Below are positions 44,297 through 57,685 of a stretch of DNA of 64,000 nucleotides, piece by piece. How positions within the stretch are numbered: position 1 is the first letter of the stretch; every line of letters begins with the position of its first letter. The DNA comes from Leidyana gryllorum EB-2025a. Lineage: Eukaryota > Protista > Apicomplexa. The DNA lies in contig JBLWGC010000043.1 in the NCBI GenBank assembly GCA_048772705.1, forward strand, positions 62,001 to 126,000, in the 5' to 3' direction. The translations under genes and the position numbers were made by a program. Under the pieces are notes generated by a model. That model did not search any database. It saw nothing but the letters and a program-made list of their open reading frames with translations, and was not told the DNA's origin.

Positions 44297-47200
44297 CTTC
44301 ATAGACCTTCCATAATTTGTTGCCACATCTCGGAGATAAACCTGGGGTCTCTATCTGATATTATCTTCTCTGGGATGCCGTGTATTTTGACTATGTTGTC
44401 GATGAATAGTCTTGCGGCTTCTGCGGCTGGTGGAACAGGTTCGCAAATTTGTCCACTATCCATCCCTGGTCTCTGGGTATCTTGAGATTGAGGGCGTCGG
44501 TGTGTTCCTGTGGTCCTGAGTGTATGTTGTAGCAACCGGTGAGAGTACATTTCTCCACCACTGGTTATTCCTTCTGTATTGCATCCTACATGTCTAGGCC
44601 AGTAAGTCTTGTGATGTGGGGTTGTAAGTAGTCGGTCTAGTACCACTCTGACATGCTCAGTATGCTCTTCTTCTGACTGAGAATAAATGAGGATGTCGTC
44701 CAAGTATACGAAGGCGAATACTCCTATGATGCCCTCCAGAACCTTCTGCATCAGTGCCATGAATGTTGATGGTGCGTTGCACAGACCATTTGGCATGGCT
44801 ACCCATTCGTAGATTCCCCATGGTGTTGCGAACGCTGTTAGGTGTCGACTGTCCGGTTCTACTTGAATCTGATAGTATCCTGATTTTCAGGTCGATGAGC
44901 GAGAACACAGTGGCTCCTCGGAGCCCAGATAGGCCATCCTCCATCCTGGGTATATTGGGTGCAAGTCGCCGAGTGGCAGCATTCAGACTTCGATAATCAC
45001 ATACTAATCGGGGGATATTAGTATCCTTCTTGGGTACGAACATGCATGGTGCTGCCCATTCTGATTGGCTCGGAACGATCAGTCCTTCGTCGAGTAATTC
45101 ACCGATTTGGCCCCTCATTTCGTTAAGCCACTTCTGTGGTATCCGACATGGTGTTTTAGCCACGGGTGTTTGGTTGGGGTTGATAAGTTGGATCCTGTGG
45201 TTGTGGTTCTTCCTGTTTGGTGGGGGTGGGAGTTTATCCGCGAAGATGTGACTGTATTCTCGGATTATCCATTGAGCGTTCTGTGCTGTGTTGTATGCAA
45301 CTTGCATTGCTGTTAGATAATTCAACCACTGATCGATTGCGTGGATGGATGCGTCCGTAGTCAGGTGTAGTTCGCTTGCATCCGGGTTGGGGTACCACAG
45401 TTCAGGTGAGTCAACCAGCTCTGCTTTGAGTTGGTTCCATGCATGTGTGATTTCATCTGTTTTTGTGATGGCATCGGCTGGGCGTTTCAATCCGTCCATC
45501 GTCGTTCGTAGGATTTGTAGGATCGATCGGTTGGCGCGTTCCGTGAGCCCGTTGGATTGTGGTCGGTATGTCGTTGTCATAGCTAAGTTGGTTCATAGAC
45601 CTTCCATAATTTGTTGCCACATCTCGGAGATAAACCTGGGGTCTCTATCTGATATTATCTTCTCTGGGATGCCGTGTATTTTGACTATGTTGTCGATGAA
45701 TAGTCTTGCGGCTTCTGCGGCTGGTGGAACAGGTTCGCAAATTTGTCCACTATCCATCCCTGGTCTCTGTGTATCTTGAGATTGAGGGCGTCGGTGTGTT
45801 CCTGTGGTCCTGAGTGTATGTTGTAGCAACCGGTGAGAGTACATTTCTCCACCACTGGTTATTCCTTCTGTATTGCATCCTACATGTCTAGGCCAGTAAG
45901 TCTTGTGATGTGGGGTTGTAAGTAGTCGGTCTAGTACCACTCTGACATGCTCAGTATGCTCTTCTTCTGACTGAGAATAAATGAGGATGTCGTCCAAGTA
46001 TACGAAGGCGAATACTCCTATGATGCCCTCCAGAACCTTCTGCATCAGTGCCATGAATGTTGATGGTGCGTTGCACAGACCATTTGGCATGGCTACCCAT
46101 TCGTAGATTCCCCATGGTGTTGCGAACGCTGTTAGGTGTCGACTGTCCGGTTCTACTTGAATCTGATAGTATCCTGATTTTCAGGTCGATGAGCGAGAAC
46201 ACAGTGGCTCCTCGGAGCCCAGATAGGCCATCCTCCATCCTGGGTATATTGGGTGCAAGTCGCCGAGTGGCAGCATTCAGACTTCGATAATCACATACTA
46301 ATCGGGGGATATTAGTATCCTTCTTGGGTACGAACATGCATGGTGCTGCCCATTCTGATTGGCTCGGAACGATCAGTCCTTCGTCGAGTAATTCACCGAT
46401 TTGGCCCCTCATTTCGTTAAGCCACTTCTGTGGTATCCGACATGGTGTTTTAGCCACGGGTGTTTGGTTGGGGTTGATAAGTTGGATCCTGTGGTTGTGG
46501 TTCTTCCTGTTTGGTGGGGGTGGGAGTTTATCCGCGAAGATGTGACTGTATTCTCGGATTATCCATTGAGCGTTCTGTGCTGTGTTGTATGCAACTTCCA
46601 TTGCTGTTAGATAATTCAACCACTGATCGATTGCGTGGATGGATGCGTCCGTAGTCAGGTGTAGTTCGCTTGCATCCGGGTTGGGGTACCACAGTTCAGG
46701 TGAGTCAACCAGCTCTGCTTTGAGTTGGTTCCATGCATGTGTGATTTCATCTGTTTTTGTGATGGCATCGGCTGGGCGTTTCAATCCGTCCATCGTCGTT
46801 CGTAGGATTTGTAGGATCGATCGGTTGGCGCGTTCCGTGAGCCCGTTGGATTGTGGTCGGTATGTCGTTGTCATAGCTAAGTTGGTTCATAGACCTTCCA
46901 TAATTTGTTGCCACATCTCGGAGATAAACCTGGGGTCTCTATCTGATATTATCTTCTCTGGGATGCCGTGTATTTTGACTATGTTGTCGATGAATAGTCT
47001 TGCGGCTTCTGCGGCTGGTGGAACAGGTTCGCAAATTTGTCCACTATCCATCCCTGGTCTCTGTGTATCTTGAGATTGAGGGCGTCGGTGTGTTCCTGTG
47101 GTCCTGAGTGTATGTTGTAGCAACCGGTGAGAGTACATTTCTCCACCACTGGTTATTCCTTCTGTATTGCATCCTACATGTCTAGGCCAGTAAGTCTTGT

Positions 47201-50200
47201 GATGTGGGGTTGTAAGTAGTCGGTCTAGTACCACTCTGACATGCTCAGTATGCTCTTCTTCTGACTGAGAATAAATGAGGATGTCGTCCAAGTATACGAA
47301 GGCGAATACTCCTATGATGCCCTCCAGAACCTTCTGCATCAGTGCCATGAATGTTGATGGTGCGTTGCACAGACCATTTGGCATGGCTACCCATTCGTAG
47401 ATTCCCCATGGTGTTGCGAACGCTGTTAGGTGTCGACTGTCCGGTTCTACTTGAATCTGATAGTATCCTGATTTTCAGGTCGATGAGCGAGAACACAGTG
47501 GCTCCTCGGAGCCCAGATAGGCCATCCTCCATCCTGGGTATATTGGGTGCAAGTCGCCGAGTGGCAGCATTCAGACTTCGATAATCACATACTAATCGGG
47601 GGATATTAGTATCCTTCTTGGGTACGAACATGCATGGTGCTGCCCATTCTGATTGGCTCGGAACGATCAGTCCTTCGTCGAGTAATTCACCGATTTGGCC
47701 CCTCATTTCGTTAAGCCACTTCTGTGGTATCCGACATGGTGTTTTAGCCACGGGTGTTTGGTTGGGGTTGATAAGTTGGATCCTGTGGTTGTGGTTCTTC
47801 CTGTTTGGTGGGGGTGGGAGTTTATCCGCGAAGATGTGACTGTATTCTCGGATTATCCATTGAGCGTTCTGTGCTGTGTTGTATGCAACTTGCATTGCTG
47901 TTAGATAATTCAACCACTGATCGATTGCGTGGATGGATGCGTCCGTAGTCAGGTGTAGTTCGCTTGCATCCGGGTTGGGGTACCACAGTTCAGGTGAGTC
48001 AACCAGCTCTGCTTTGAGTTGGTTCCATGCATGTGTGATTTCATCTGTTTTTGTGATGGCATCGGCTGGGCGTTTCAATCCGTCCATCGTCGTTCGTAGG
48101 ATTTGTAGGATCGATCGGTTGGCGCGTTCCGTGAGCCCGTTGGATTGTGGTCGGTATGTCGTTGTCATAGCTAAGTTGGTTCATAGACCTTCCATAATTT
48201 GTTGCCACATCTCGGAGATAAACCTGGGGTCTCTATCTGATATTATCTTCTCTGGGATGCCGTGTATTTTGACTATGTTGTCGATGAATAGTCTTGCGGC
48301 TTCTGCGGCTGGTGGAACAGGTTCGCAAATTTGTCCACTATCCATCCCTGGTCTCTGTGTATCTTGAGATTGAGGGCGTCGGTGTGTTCCTGTGGTCCTG
48401 AGTGTATGTTGTAGCAACCGGTGAGAGTACATTTCTCCACCACTGGTTATTCCTTCTGTATTGCATCCTACATGTCTAGGCCAGTAAGTCTTGTGATGTG
48501 GGGTTGTAAGTAGTCGGTCTAGTACCACTCTGACATGCTCAGTATGCTCTTCTTCTGACTGAGAATAAATGAGGATGTCGTCCAAGTATACGAAGGCGAA
48601 TACTCCTATGATGCCCTCCAGAACCTTCTGCATCAGTGCCATGAATGTTGATGGTGCGTTGCACAGACCATTTGGCATGGCTACCCATTCGTAGATTCCC
48701 CATGGTGTTGCGAACGCTGTTAGGTGTCGACTGTCCGGTTCTACTTGAATCTGATAGTATCCTGATTTTCAGGTCGATGAGCGAGAACACAGTGGCTCCT
48801 CGGAGCCCAGATAGGCCATCCTCCATCCTGGGTATATTGGGTGCAAGTCGCCGAGTGGCAGCATTCAGACTTCGATAATCACATACTAATCGGGGGATAT
48901 TAGTATCCTTCTTGGGTACGAACATGCATGGTGCTGCCCATTCTGATTGGCTCGGAACGATCAGTCCTTCGTCGAGTAATTCACCGATTTGGCCCCTCAT
49001 TTCGTTAAGCCACTTCTGTGGTATCCGACATGGTGTTTTAGCCACGGGTGTTTGGTTGGGGTTGATAAGTTGGATCCTGTGGTTGTGGTTCTTCCTGTTT
49101 GGTGGGGGTGGGAGTTTATCCGCGAAGATGTGACTGTATTCTCGGATTATCCATTGAGCGTTCTGTGCTGTGTTGTATGCAACTTCCATTGCTGTTAGAT
49201 AATTCAACCACTGATCGATTGCGTGGATGGATGCGTCCGTAGTCAGGTGTAGTTCGCTTGCATCCGGGTTGGGGTACCACAGTTCAGGTGAGTCAACCAG
49301 CTCTGCTTTGAGTTGGTTCCATGCATGTGTGATTTCATCTGTTTTTGTGATGGCATCGGCTGGGCGTTTCAATCCGTCCATCGTCGTTCGTAGGATTTGT
49401 AGGATCGATCGGTTGGCGCGTTCCGTGAGCCCGTTGGATTGTGGTCGGTATGTCGTTGTCATAGCTAAGTTGGTTCATAGACCTTCCATAATTTGTTGCC
49501 ACATCTCGGAGATAAACCTGGGGTCTCTATCTGATATTATCTTCTCTGGGATGCCGTGTATTTTGACTATGTTGTCGATGAATAGTCTTGCGGCTTCTGC
49601 GGCTGGTGGAACAGGTTCGCAAATTTGTCCACTATCCATCCCTGGTCTCTGTGTATCTTGAGATTGAGGGCGTCGGTGTGTTCCTGTGGTCCTGAGTGTA
49701 TGTTGTAGCAACCGGTGAGAGTACATTTCTCCACCACTGGTTATTCCTTCTGTATTGCATCCTACATGTCTAGGCCAGTAAGTCTTGTGATGTGGGGTTG
49801 TAAGTAGTCGGTCTAGTACCACTCTGACATGCTCAGTATGCTCTTCTTCTGACTGAGAATAAATGAGGATGTCGTCCAAGTATACGAAGGCGAATACTCC
49901 TATGATGCCCTCCAGAACCTTCTGCATCAGTGCCATGAATGTTGATGGTGCGTTGCACAGACCATTTGGCATGGCTACCCATTCGTAGATTCCCCATGGT
50001 GTTGCGAACGCTGTTAGGTGTCGACTGTCCGGTTCTACTTGAATCTGATAGTATCCTGATTTTCAGGTCGATGAGCGAGAACACAGTGGCTCCTCGGAGC
50101 CCAGATAGGCCATCCTCCATCCTGGGTATATTGGGTGCAAGTCGCCGAGTGGCAGCATTCAGACTTCGATAATCACATACTAATCGGGGGATATTAGTAT

Positions 50201-53200
50201 CCTTCTTGGGTACGAACATGCATGGTGCTGCCCATTCTGATTGGCTCGGAACGATCAGTCAGTCCTTCGTCGAGTAATTCACCGATTTGGCCCCTCATTT
50301 CGTTAAGCCACTTCTGTGGTATCCGACATGGTGTTTTAGCCACGGGTGTTTGGTTGGGGTTGATAAGTTGGATCCTGTGGTTGTGGTTCTTCCTGTTTGG
50401 TGGGGGTGGGAGTTTATCCGCGAAGATGTGACTGTATTCTCGGATTATCCATTGAGCGTTCTGTGCTGTGTTGTATGCAACTTCCATTGCTGTTAGATAA
50501 TTCAACCACTGATCGATTGCGTGGATGGATGCGTCCGTAGTCAGGTGTAGTTCGCTTGCATCCGGGTTGGGGTACCACAGTTCAGGTGAGTCAACCAGCT
50601 CTGCTTTGAGTTGGTTCCATGCATGTGTGATTTCATCTGTTTTTGTGATGGCATCGGCTGGGCGTTTCAATCCGTCCATCGTCGTTCGTAGGATTTGTAG
50701 GATCGATCGGTTGGCGCGTTCCGTGAGCCCGTTGGATTGTGGTCGGTATGTCGTTGTCATAGCTAAGTTGGTTCATAGACCTTCCATAATTTGTTGCCAC
50801 ATCTCGGAGATGAACCTAGGGTCTCTATCTGATATTATCTTCTCTGGGATGCCGTGTATTTTGACTATGTTGTCGATGAATAGTCTTGCGGCTTCTGCGG
50901 CTGGTGGAACAGGTTCGCAAATTTGTCCACTATCCATCCCTGGTCTCTGGGTATCTTGAGATTGAGGGCGTCGGTGTGTTCCTGTGGTCCTGAGTGTATG
51001 TTGTAGCAACCGGTGAGAGTACATTTCTCCACCACTGTGGTTATTCCTTCTGTATTGCATCCTACATGTCTAGGCCAGTAAGTCTTGTGATGTGGGGTTG
51101 TAAGTAGTCGGTCTAGTACCACTCTGACATGCTCAGTATGCTCTTCTTCTGACTGAGAATAAATGAGGATGTCGTCCAAGTATACGAAGGCGAATACTCC
51201 TATGATGCCCTCCAGAACCTTCTGCATCAGTGCCATGAATGTTGATGGTGCGTTGCACAGACCATTTGGCATGGCTACCCATTCGTAGATTCCCCATGGT
51301 GTTGCGAACGCTGTTAGGTGTCGACTGTCCGGTTCTACTTGAATCTGATAGTATCCTGATTTTCAGGTCGATGAGCGAGAACACAGTGGCTCCTCGGAGC
51401 CCAGATAGGCCATCCTCCATCCTGGGTATATTGGGTGCAAGTCGCCGAGTGGCAGCATTCAGACTTCGATAATCACATACTAATCGGGGGATATTAGTAT
51501 CCTTCTTGGGTACGAACATGCATGGTGCTGCCCATTCTGATTGGCTCGGAACGATCAGTCCTTCGTCGAGTAATTCACCGATTTGGCCCCTCATTTCGTT
51601 AAGCCACTTCTGTGGTATCCGACATGGTGTTTTAGCCACGGGTGTTTGGTTGGGGTTGATAAGTTGGATCCTGTGGTTGTGGTTCTTCCTGTTTGGTGGG
51701 GGTGGGAGTTTCACTGATCATTAACGCCGTCCATCGTCGTTCGTAGGATTTGTAGGATCGATCGGTTGGCGCGTTCCGTGAGCCCGTTGGATTGTGGTCG
51801 GTGTGTCGTTGTCATAGCTAAGTTGGTTCCTAGACCTTCCATAATTTGTTGCCACATCTCGGAGATAAACATGGGGTCTCTATCTGATATTATCTTCTCT
51901 GGGATGCCGTGTGTTTTGACTATGTTGTCGATGAATAGTCTTGCGGCTTCTGCGGCTGTGATGTTCTTGGTACATGGGGTAAGTCTAATGCGCCTGCTTG
52001 CTCGGTCCACAACAACCTTCTGACTGAGAATAAATGAGGATGTCGTCCAAGTATACGAAGGCGAATACTCCTATGATGCCCTCCAGAACCTTCTGCATCA
52101 GTGCCATGAATGTTGATGGTGCGTTGCACAGACCATTTGGCATGGCTACCCATTCGTAGATTCCCCATGGTGTTGCGAACGCTGTTAGGTGTCGACTGTC
52201 CGGTTCTACTTGAATCTGATAGTATCCTGATTTTCAGGTCGATGAGCGAGAACACAGTGGCTCCTCGGAGCCCAGATAGGCCATCCTCCATCCTGGGTAT
52301 ATTGGGTGCAAGTCGCCGAGTGGCAGCATTCAGACTTCGATAATCACATACTAATCGGGGGATATTAGTATCCTTCTTGGGTACGAACATGCATGGTGCT
52401 GCCCATTCTGATTGGCTCGGAACGATCAGTCCTTCGTCGAGTAATTCACCGATTTGGCCCCTCATTTCGTTAAGCCACTTCTGTGGTATCCGACATGGTG
52501 TTTTAGCCACGGGTGTTTGGTTGGGGTTGATAAGTTGGATCCTGTGGTTGTGGTTCTTCCTGTTTGGTGGGGGTGGGAGTTTCACTGATCATTAACGCCG
52601 TCCATCGTCGTTCGTAGGATTTGTAGGATCGATCGGTTGGCGCGTTCCGTGAGCCCGTTGGATTGTGGTCGGTGTGTCGTTGTCATAGCTAAGTTGGTTC
52701 CTAGACCTTCCATAATTTGTTGCCACATCTCGGAGATAAACATGGGGTCTCTATCTGATATTATCTTCTCTGGGATGCCGTGTGTTTTGACTATGTTGTC
52801 GATGAATAGTCTTGCGGCTTCTGCGGCTGTGATGTTCTTGGTACATGGGGTAAGTCTAATGCGCCTGCTTGCTCGGTCCACAACAACCTTCTGACTGAGA
52901 ATAAATGAGGATGTCGTCCAAGTATACGAAGGCGAATACTCCTATGATGCCCTCCAGAACCTTCTGCATCAGTGCCATGAATGTTGATGGTGCGTTGCAC
53001 AGACCATTTGGCATGGCTACCCATTCGTAGATTCCCCATGGTGTTGCGAACGCTGTTAGGTGTCGACTGTCCGGTTCTACTTGAATCTGATAGTATCCTG
53101 ATTTTCAGGTCGATGAGCGAGAACACAGTGGCTCCTCGGAGCCCAGATAGGCCATCCTCCATCCTGGGTATATTGGGTGCAAGTCGCCGAGTGGCAGCAT

Positions 53201-56148
53201 TCAGACTTCGATAATCACATACTAATCGGGGGATATTAGTATCCTTCTTGGGTACGAACATGCATGGTGCTGCCCATTCTGATTGGCTCGGAACGATCAG
53301 TCCTTCGTCGAGTAATTCACCGATTTGGCCCCTCATTTCGTTAAGCCACTTCTGTGGTATCCGACATGGTGTTTTAGCCACGGGTGTTTGGTTGGGGTTG
53401 ATAAGTTGGATCCTGTGGTTGTGGTTCTTCCTGTTTGGTGGGGGTGGGAGTTTATCCGCGAAGATGTGACTGTATTCTCGGATTATCCATTGAGCGTTCT
53501 GTGCTGTGTTGTATGCAACTTCCATTGCTGTTAGATAATTCAACCACTGATCATTAACGCCGTCCATCGTCGTTCGTAGGATTTGTAGGATCGATCGGTT
53601 GGCGCGTTCCGTGAGCCCGTTGGATTGTGGTCGGTATGTCGTTGTCATAGCTAAGTTGGTTCCTAGACCTTCCATAATTTGTTGCCACATCTCGGAGATA
53701 AACATGGGGTCTCTATCTGATATTATCTTCTCTGGGATGCCGTGTGTTTTGACTATGTTGTCGATGAATAGTCTTGCGGCTTCTGCGGCTGGTGGAACAG
53801 GTTCGCAAATTTGTCCACTATCCATCCCTGGTCTCTGGGTATCTTGAGATTGAGGGCGTCGGTGTGTTCCTGTGGTCCTGAGTGTATGTTGTAGCAACCG
53901 GTGAGAGTACATTTCTCCACCACTGTGGTTATTCCTTCTGTATTGCATCCTACATGTCTAGGCCAGTAAGTCTTGTGATGTGGGGTTGTAAGTAGTCGGT
54001 CTAGTACCACTCTGACATGCTCAGTATGCTCTTCTTCTGACTGAGAATAAATGAGGATGTCGTCCAAGTATACGAAGGCGAATACTCCTATGATGCCCTC
54101 CAGAACCTTCTGCATCAGTGCCATGAATGTTGATGGTGCGTTGCACAGACCATTTGGCATGGCTACCCATTCGTAGATTCCCCATGGTGTTGCGAACGCT
54201 GTTAGGCCACTTCTGTGGTATCCGACATGGTGTTTTAGCCACGGGTGTTTGGTTGGGGTTGATAAGTTGGATCCTGTGGTTGTGGTTCTTCCTGTTTGGT
54301 GGGGGTGGGAGTTTATCCGCGAAGATGTGACTGTATTCTCGGATTATCCATTGAGCGTTCTGTGCTGTGTTGTATGCAACTTCCATTGCTGTTAGATAAT
54401 TCAACCACTGATCATTAACGCCGTCCATCGTCGTTCGTAGGATTTGTAGGATCGATCGGTTGGCGCGTTCCGTGAGCCCGTTGGATTGTGGTCGGTATGT
54501 CGTTGTTATAGCTAAGTTGGTTCCTAGACCTTCCATAATTTGTTGCCACATCTCGGAGATAAACATGGGGTCTCTATCTGATATTATCTTCTCTGGGATG
54601 CCGTGTGTTTTGACTATGTTGTCGATGAATAGTCTTGCGGCTTCTGCGGCTGGTGGAACAGGTTCGCAAATTTGTCCACTATCCATCCCTGGTCTCTGGG
54701 TATCTTGAGATTGAGGGCGTCGGTGTGTTCCTGTGGTCCTGAGTGTATGTTGTAGCAACCGGTGAGAGTACATTTCTCCACCACTGTGGTTATTCCTTCT
54801 GTATTGCATCCTACATGTCTAGGCCAGTAAGTCTTGTGATGTGGGGTTGTAAGTAGTCGGTCTAGTACCACTCTGACATGCTCAGTATGCTCTTCTTCTG
54901 ACTGAGAATAAATGAGGATGTCGTCCAAGTATACGAAGGCGAATACTCCTATGATGCCCTCCAGAACCTTCTGCATCAGTGCCATGAATGTTGATGGTGC
55001 GTTGCACAGACCATTTGGCATGGCTACCCATTCGTAGATTCCCCATGGTGTTGCGAACGCTGTTAGGTGTCGACTGTCCGGTTCTACTTGAATCTGATAG
55101 TATCCTGATTTTCAGGTCGATGAGCGAGAACACAGTGGCTCCTCGGAGCCCAGATAGGCCATCCTCCATCCTGGGTATATTGGGTGCAAGTCGCCGAGTG
55201 GCAGCATTCAGACTTCGATAATCACATACTAATCGGGGGATATTAGTATCCTTCTTGGGTACGAACATGCATGGTGCTGCCCATTCTGATTGGCTCGGAA
55301 CGATCAGTCCTTCGTCGAGTAATTCACCGATTTGGCCCCTCATTTCGTTAAGCCACTTCTGTGGTATCCGACATGGTGTTTTAGCCACGGGTGTTTGGTT
55401 GGGGTTGATAAGTTGGATCCTGTGGTTGTGGTTCTTCCTGTTTGGTGGGGGTGGGAGTTTATCCGCGAAGATGTGACTGTATTCTCGGATTATCCATTGA
55501 GCGTTCTGTGCTGTGTTGTATGCAACTTCCATTGCTGTTAGATAATTCAACCACTGATCGATTGCGTGGATGGATGCGTCCGTAGTCAGGTGTAGTTCGC
55601 TTGCATCCGGGTTGGGGTACCACAGTTCAGGTGAGTCAACCAGCTCTGCTTTGAGTTGGTTCCATGCATGTGTGATTTCATCTGTTTTTGTGATGGCATC
55701 GGCTGGGCGTTTCAATCCGTCCATCGTCGTTCGTAGGATTTGTAGGATCGATCGGTTGGCGCGTTCCGTGAGCCCGTTGGATTGTGGTCGGTATGTCGTT
55801 GTCATAGCTAAGTTGGTTCATAGACCTTCCATAATTTGTTGCCACATCTCGGAGATGAACCTAGGGTCTCTATCTGATATTATCTTCTCTGGGATGCCGT
55901 GTATTTTGACTATGTTGTCGATGAATAGTCTTGCGGCTTCTGCGGCTGGTGGAACAGGTTCGCAAATTTGTCCACTATCCATCCCTGGTCTCTGGGTATC
56001 TTGAGATTGAGGGCGTCGGTGTGTTCCTGTGGTGATGAGTGTATGTTGTAGCAACCGGTGAGAGTACATTTCTCCACCACTGTGGTTATTCCTTCTGTAT
56101 TGCATCCTACATGTCTAGGCCAGTAAGTCTTGTGATGTGGGGTTGTAA
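44297..56148 (-). repeat. Tandem array of scrambled family-B gypsy pol fragments (1294-bp units plus 871- and 861-bp variants)
   Basis: Near-identical ORFs at 44657, 45951, 47245, 48539 (offset 1294), 51711/52582 (871), 53753/54614 (861); RT, RNase H and integrase pieces match 29369-31866. Confidence 0.97.
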
Positions 56149-56305
56149 GTGAATGTGTTGTGCTTGGTTGGTGACCAAAACTACTTCGCATTGCCCCAGG
56201 GTTTCGGCCGTTCCGATTCCCCCAATCGTGATGCGAATCTGTTTTGAGACCGGTATGTCGAGTCTCTGTGCTGTTGTGCTGTCGATGAGATCCGTGTCTG
56301 CTCCG

Positions 56306-57370
56306 CTATCCACGAGTATTATAACCGGTTTGTATGCTCCGTCCTTCAGGATTTGCCACCGCACTATTGCGCCGGAGGCTTGTCGTCTTGTGGGTCGTGC
56401 CAGCCAAACGGAGTAGGTCAGTCCCTCCTCTTTGTGCTCGATTCCTAGTGGAAGGGCTGGTCCTAGGAGAGCGTCTGAAAATCCTGCTGTTCGGTTCCTC
56501 CCAATTGTTCGGTTCGGTGTCGACGAAGAATGCCCGTCGGGCCGGTGGTGGGTATGGTCGTTTTCGTTGCCTGTGTGGACAACTCGGAGTCAAGTGTCCT
56601 TCTTTCCCGCAGACATAACAAAGTCCCCGTTGTCTGCCTTCCTCCCTGGAGAATGGGTTGGTCGGGCCCGTGTATGGGTTCGCCGGTTTCCTCTGTTGAT
56701 CAGTGGCCAGGAAGATCCTTTGAGGTCTGTCGCGGTTCCGTTGCGCGATCTCGATGGTGAATTGGGCCGCTTCTTCGAAAGTCTTAGGTTGTCTGGAGAT
56801 GAGCAGGGCTTGCTCGAAATCCGGCAGGGCGTTCATAAAGATTTCCAGCGTGTCCTTGTCCGTAAGGTTTCGGATTCCCCTCCGGAGGTCACGAGCTCTC
56901 CTGACGTAGCCCTCGATGTTAGCTGGGTCCGCTTTCAGGTTGACAAATTCGGTGAGGTCTGACCGTGGCCTGCAGCCGAATTCCTGCATGAATTTGGTCT
57001 TAAATTCCTCCCAGCTCAAATGTCGTATCGGGGTGGCCGTGCTTGGACCGTTGAGCCATCGAGCAGCGGAACCTTTCAGAGTCGCGCAGGCTATCCACGT
57101 CCGCAGTTCGTCCTCGATGCTGAGGTTGTCGAAGGCCGCTTCAAGCTCCTCCAGGTGTTCTCGGGCATCACCAGCGCTGTCGTAGTTTCCCAGTAGCTGG
57201 TTGATCCATCGGATTCGCTTGAAGATGAACTCGGGGTCCGTTGTCGCCGTCTTCGCAACTTTAGCACTGCTACCAGTGTAGAGGTCCCGTACCCTCTCCC
57301 CTGCGTCGAGGGTACAGTCGGGATCAGTGACTGGGGTTTCCCGAGCCCTCTTGCCTCTAGTTGTCACCAT
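56306..57370 (-). CDS. Ty3/gypsy gag (family B), followed by frameshifted protease LVDSGAD
   Basis: LKGSAARW, WEEFKTKFMQEF, knuckle CYVCGKEGHLTPSC. Confidence 0.9.
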   Translation of the reverse strand: MVTTRGKRARETPVTDPDCTLDAGERVRDLYTGSSAKVAKTATTDPEFIFKRIRWINQLLGNYDSAGDAREHLEELEAAFDNLSIEDELRTWIACATLKGSAARWLNGPSTATPIRHLSWEEFKTKFMQEFGCRPRSDLTEFVNLKADPANIEGYVRRARDLRRGIRNLTDKDTLEIFMNALPDFEQALLISRQPKTFEEAAQFTIEIAQRNRDRPQRIFLATDQQRKPANPYTGPTNPFSREEGRQRGLCYVCGKEGHLTPSCPHRQRKRPYPPPARRAFFVDTEPNNWEEPNSRIFRRSPRTSPSTRNRAQRGGTDLLRLAGTTHKTTSLRRNSAVANPEGRSIQTGYNTRG

Positions 57371-57614
57371 TGTTCTAGTTTGCTCTTAGTACCTGGTCGC
57401 TGGATCGAGTCCACGGCCCTGCACTTCGCCCTTGGCCAGCCACCTCGACCGGCACATGGCTGCTGTAGGAGTTACACCAAACTTACACACATGTTAGGTT
57501 TTTCAGATAGACACTCGGGGGTTAACAAACAGAGAGAGACAGACAGACGGACAAGGACTGAGGTTGCGAGCACACGACACTTCCCATTGCACTAACTGCG
57601 GCTCTTTCGCAATT

Positions 57615-57685
57615 GCACTTGTGGTCTAAGGGTAAGATGCGACCCTTCCAAGGTCGTAACCCGGGTTCGAGTCCCGGCAGGTGCA
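57615..57685 (+). tRNA. tRNA-Gly(TCC)
   Basis: Matches 2717-2787. Confidence 0.92.

Noticed and set aside
44657-45580. 307-aa INT-RH-INT-RT fusion ORF as a selected new protein
   Set aside because: Three of five junctions in frame is compatible with chance; an upstream stop and a frameshift before YLDD remove catalytic integrity
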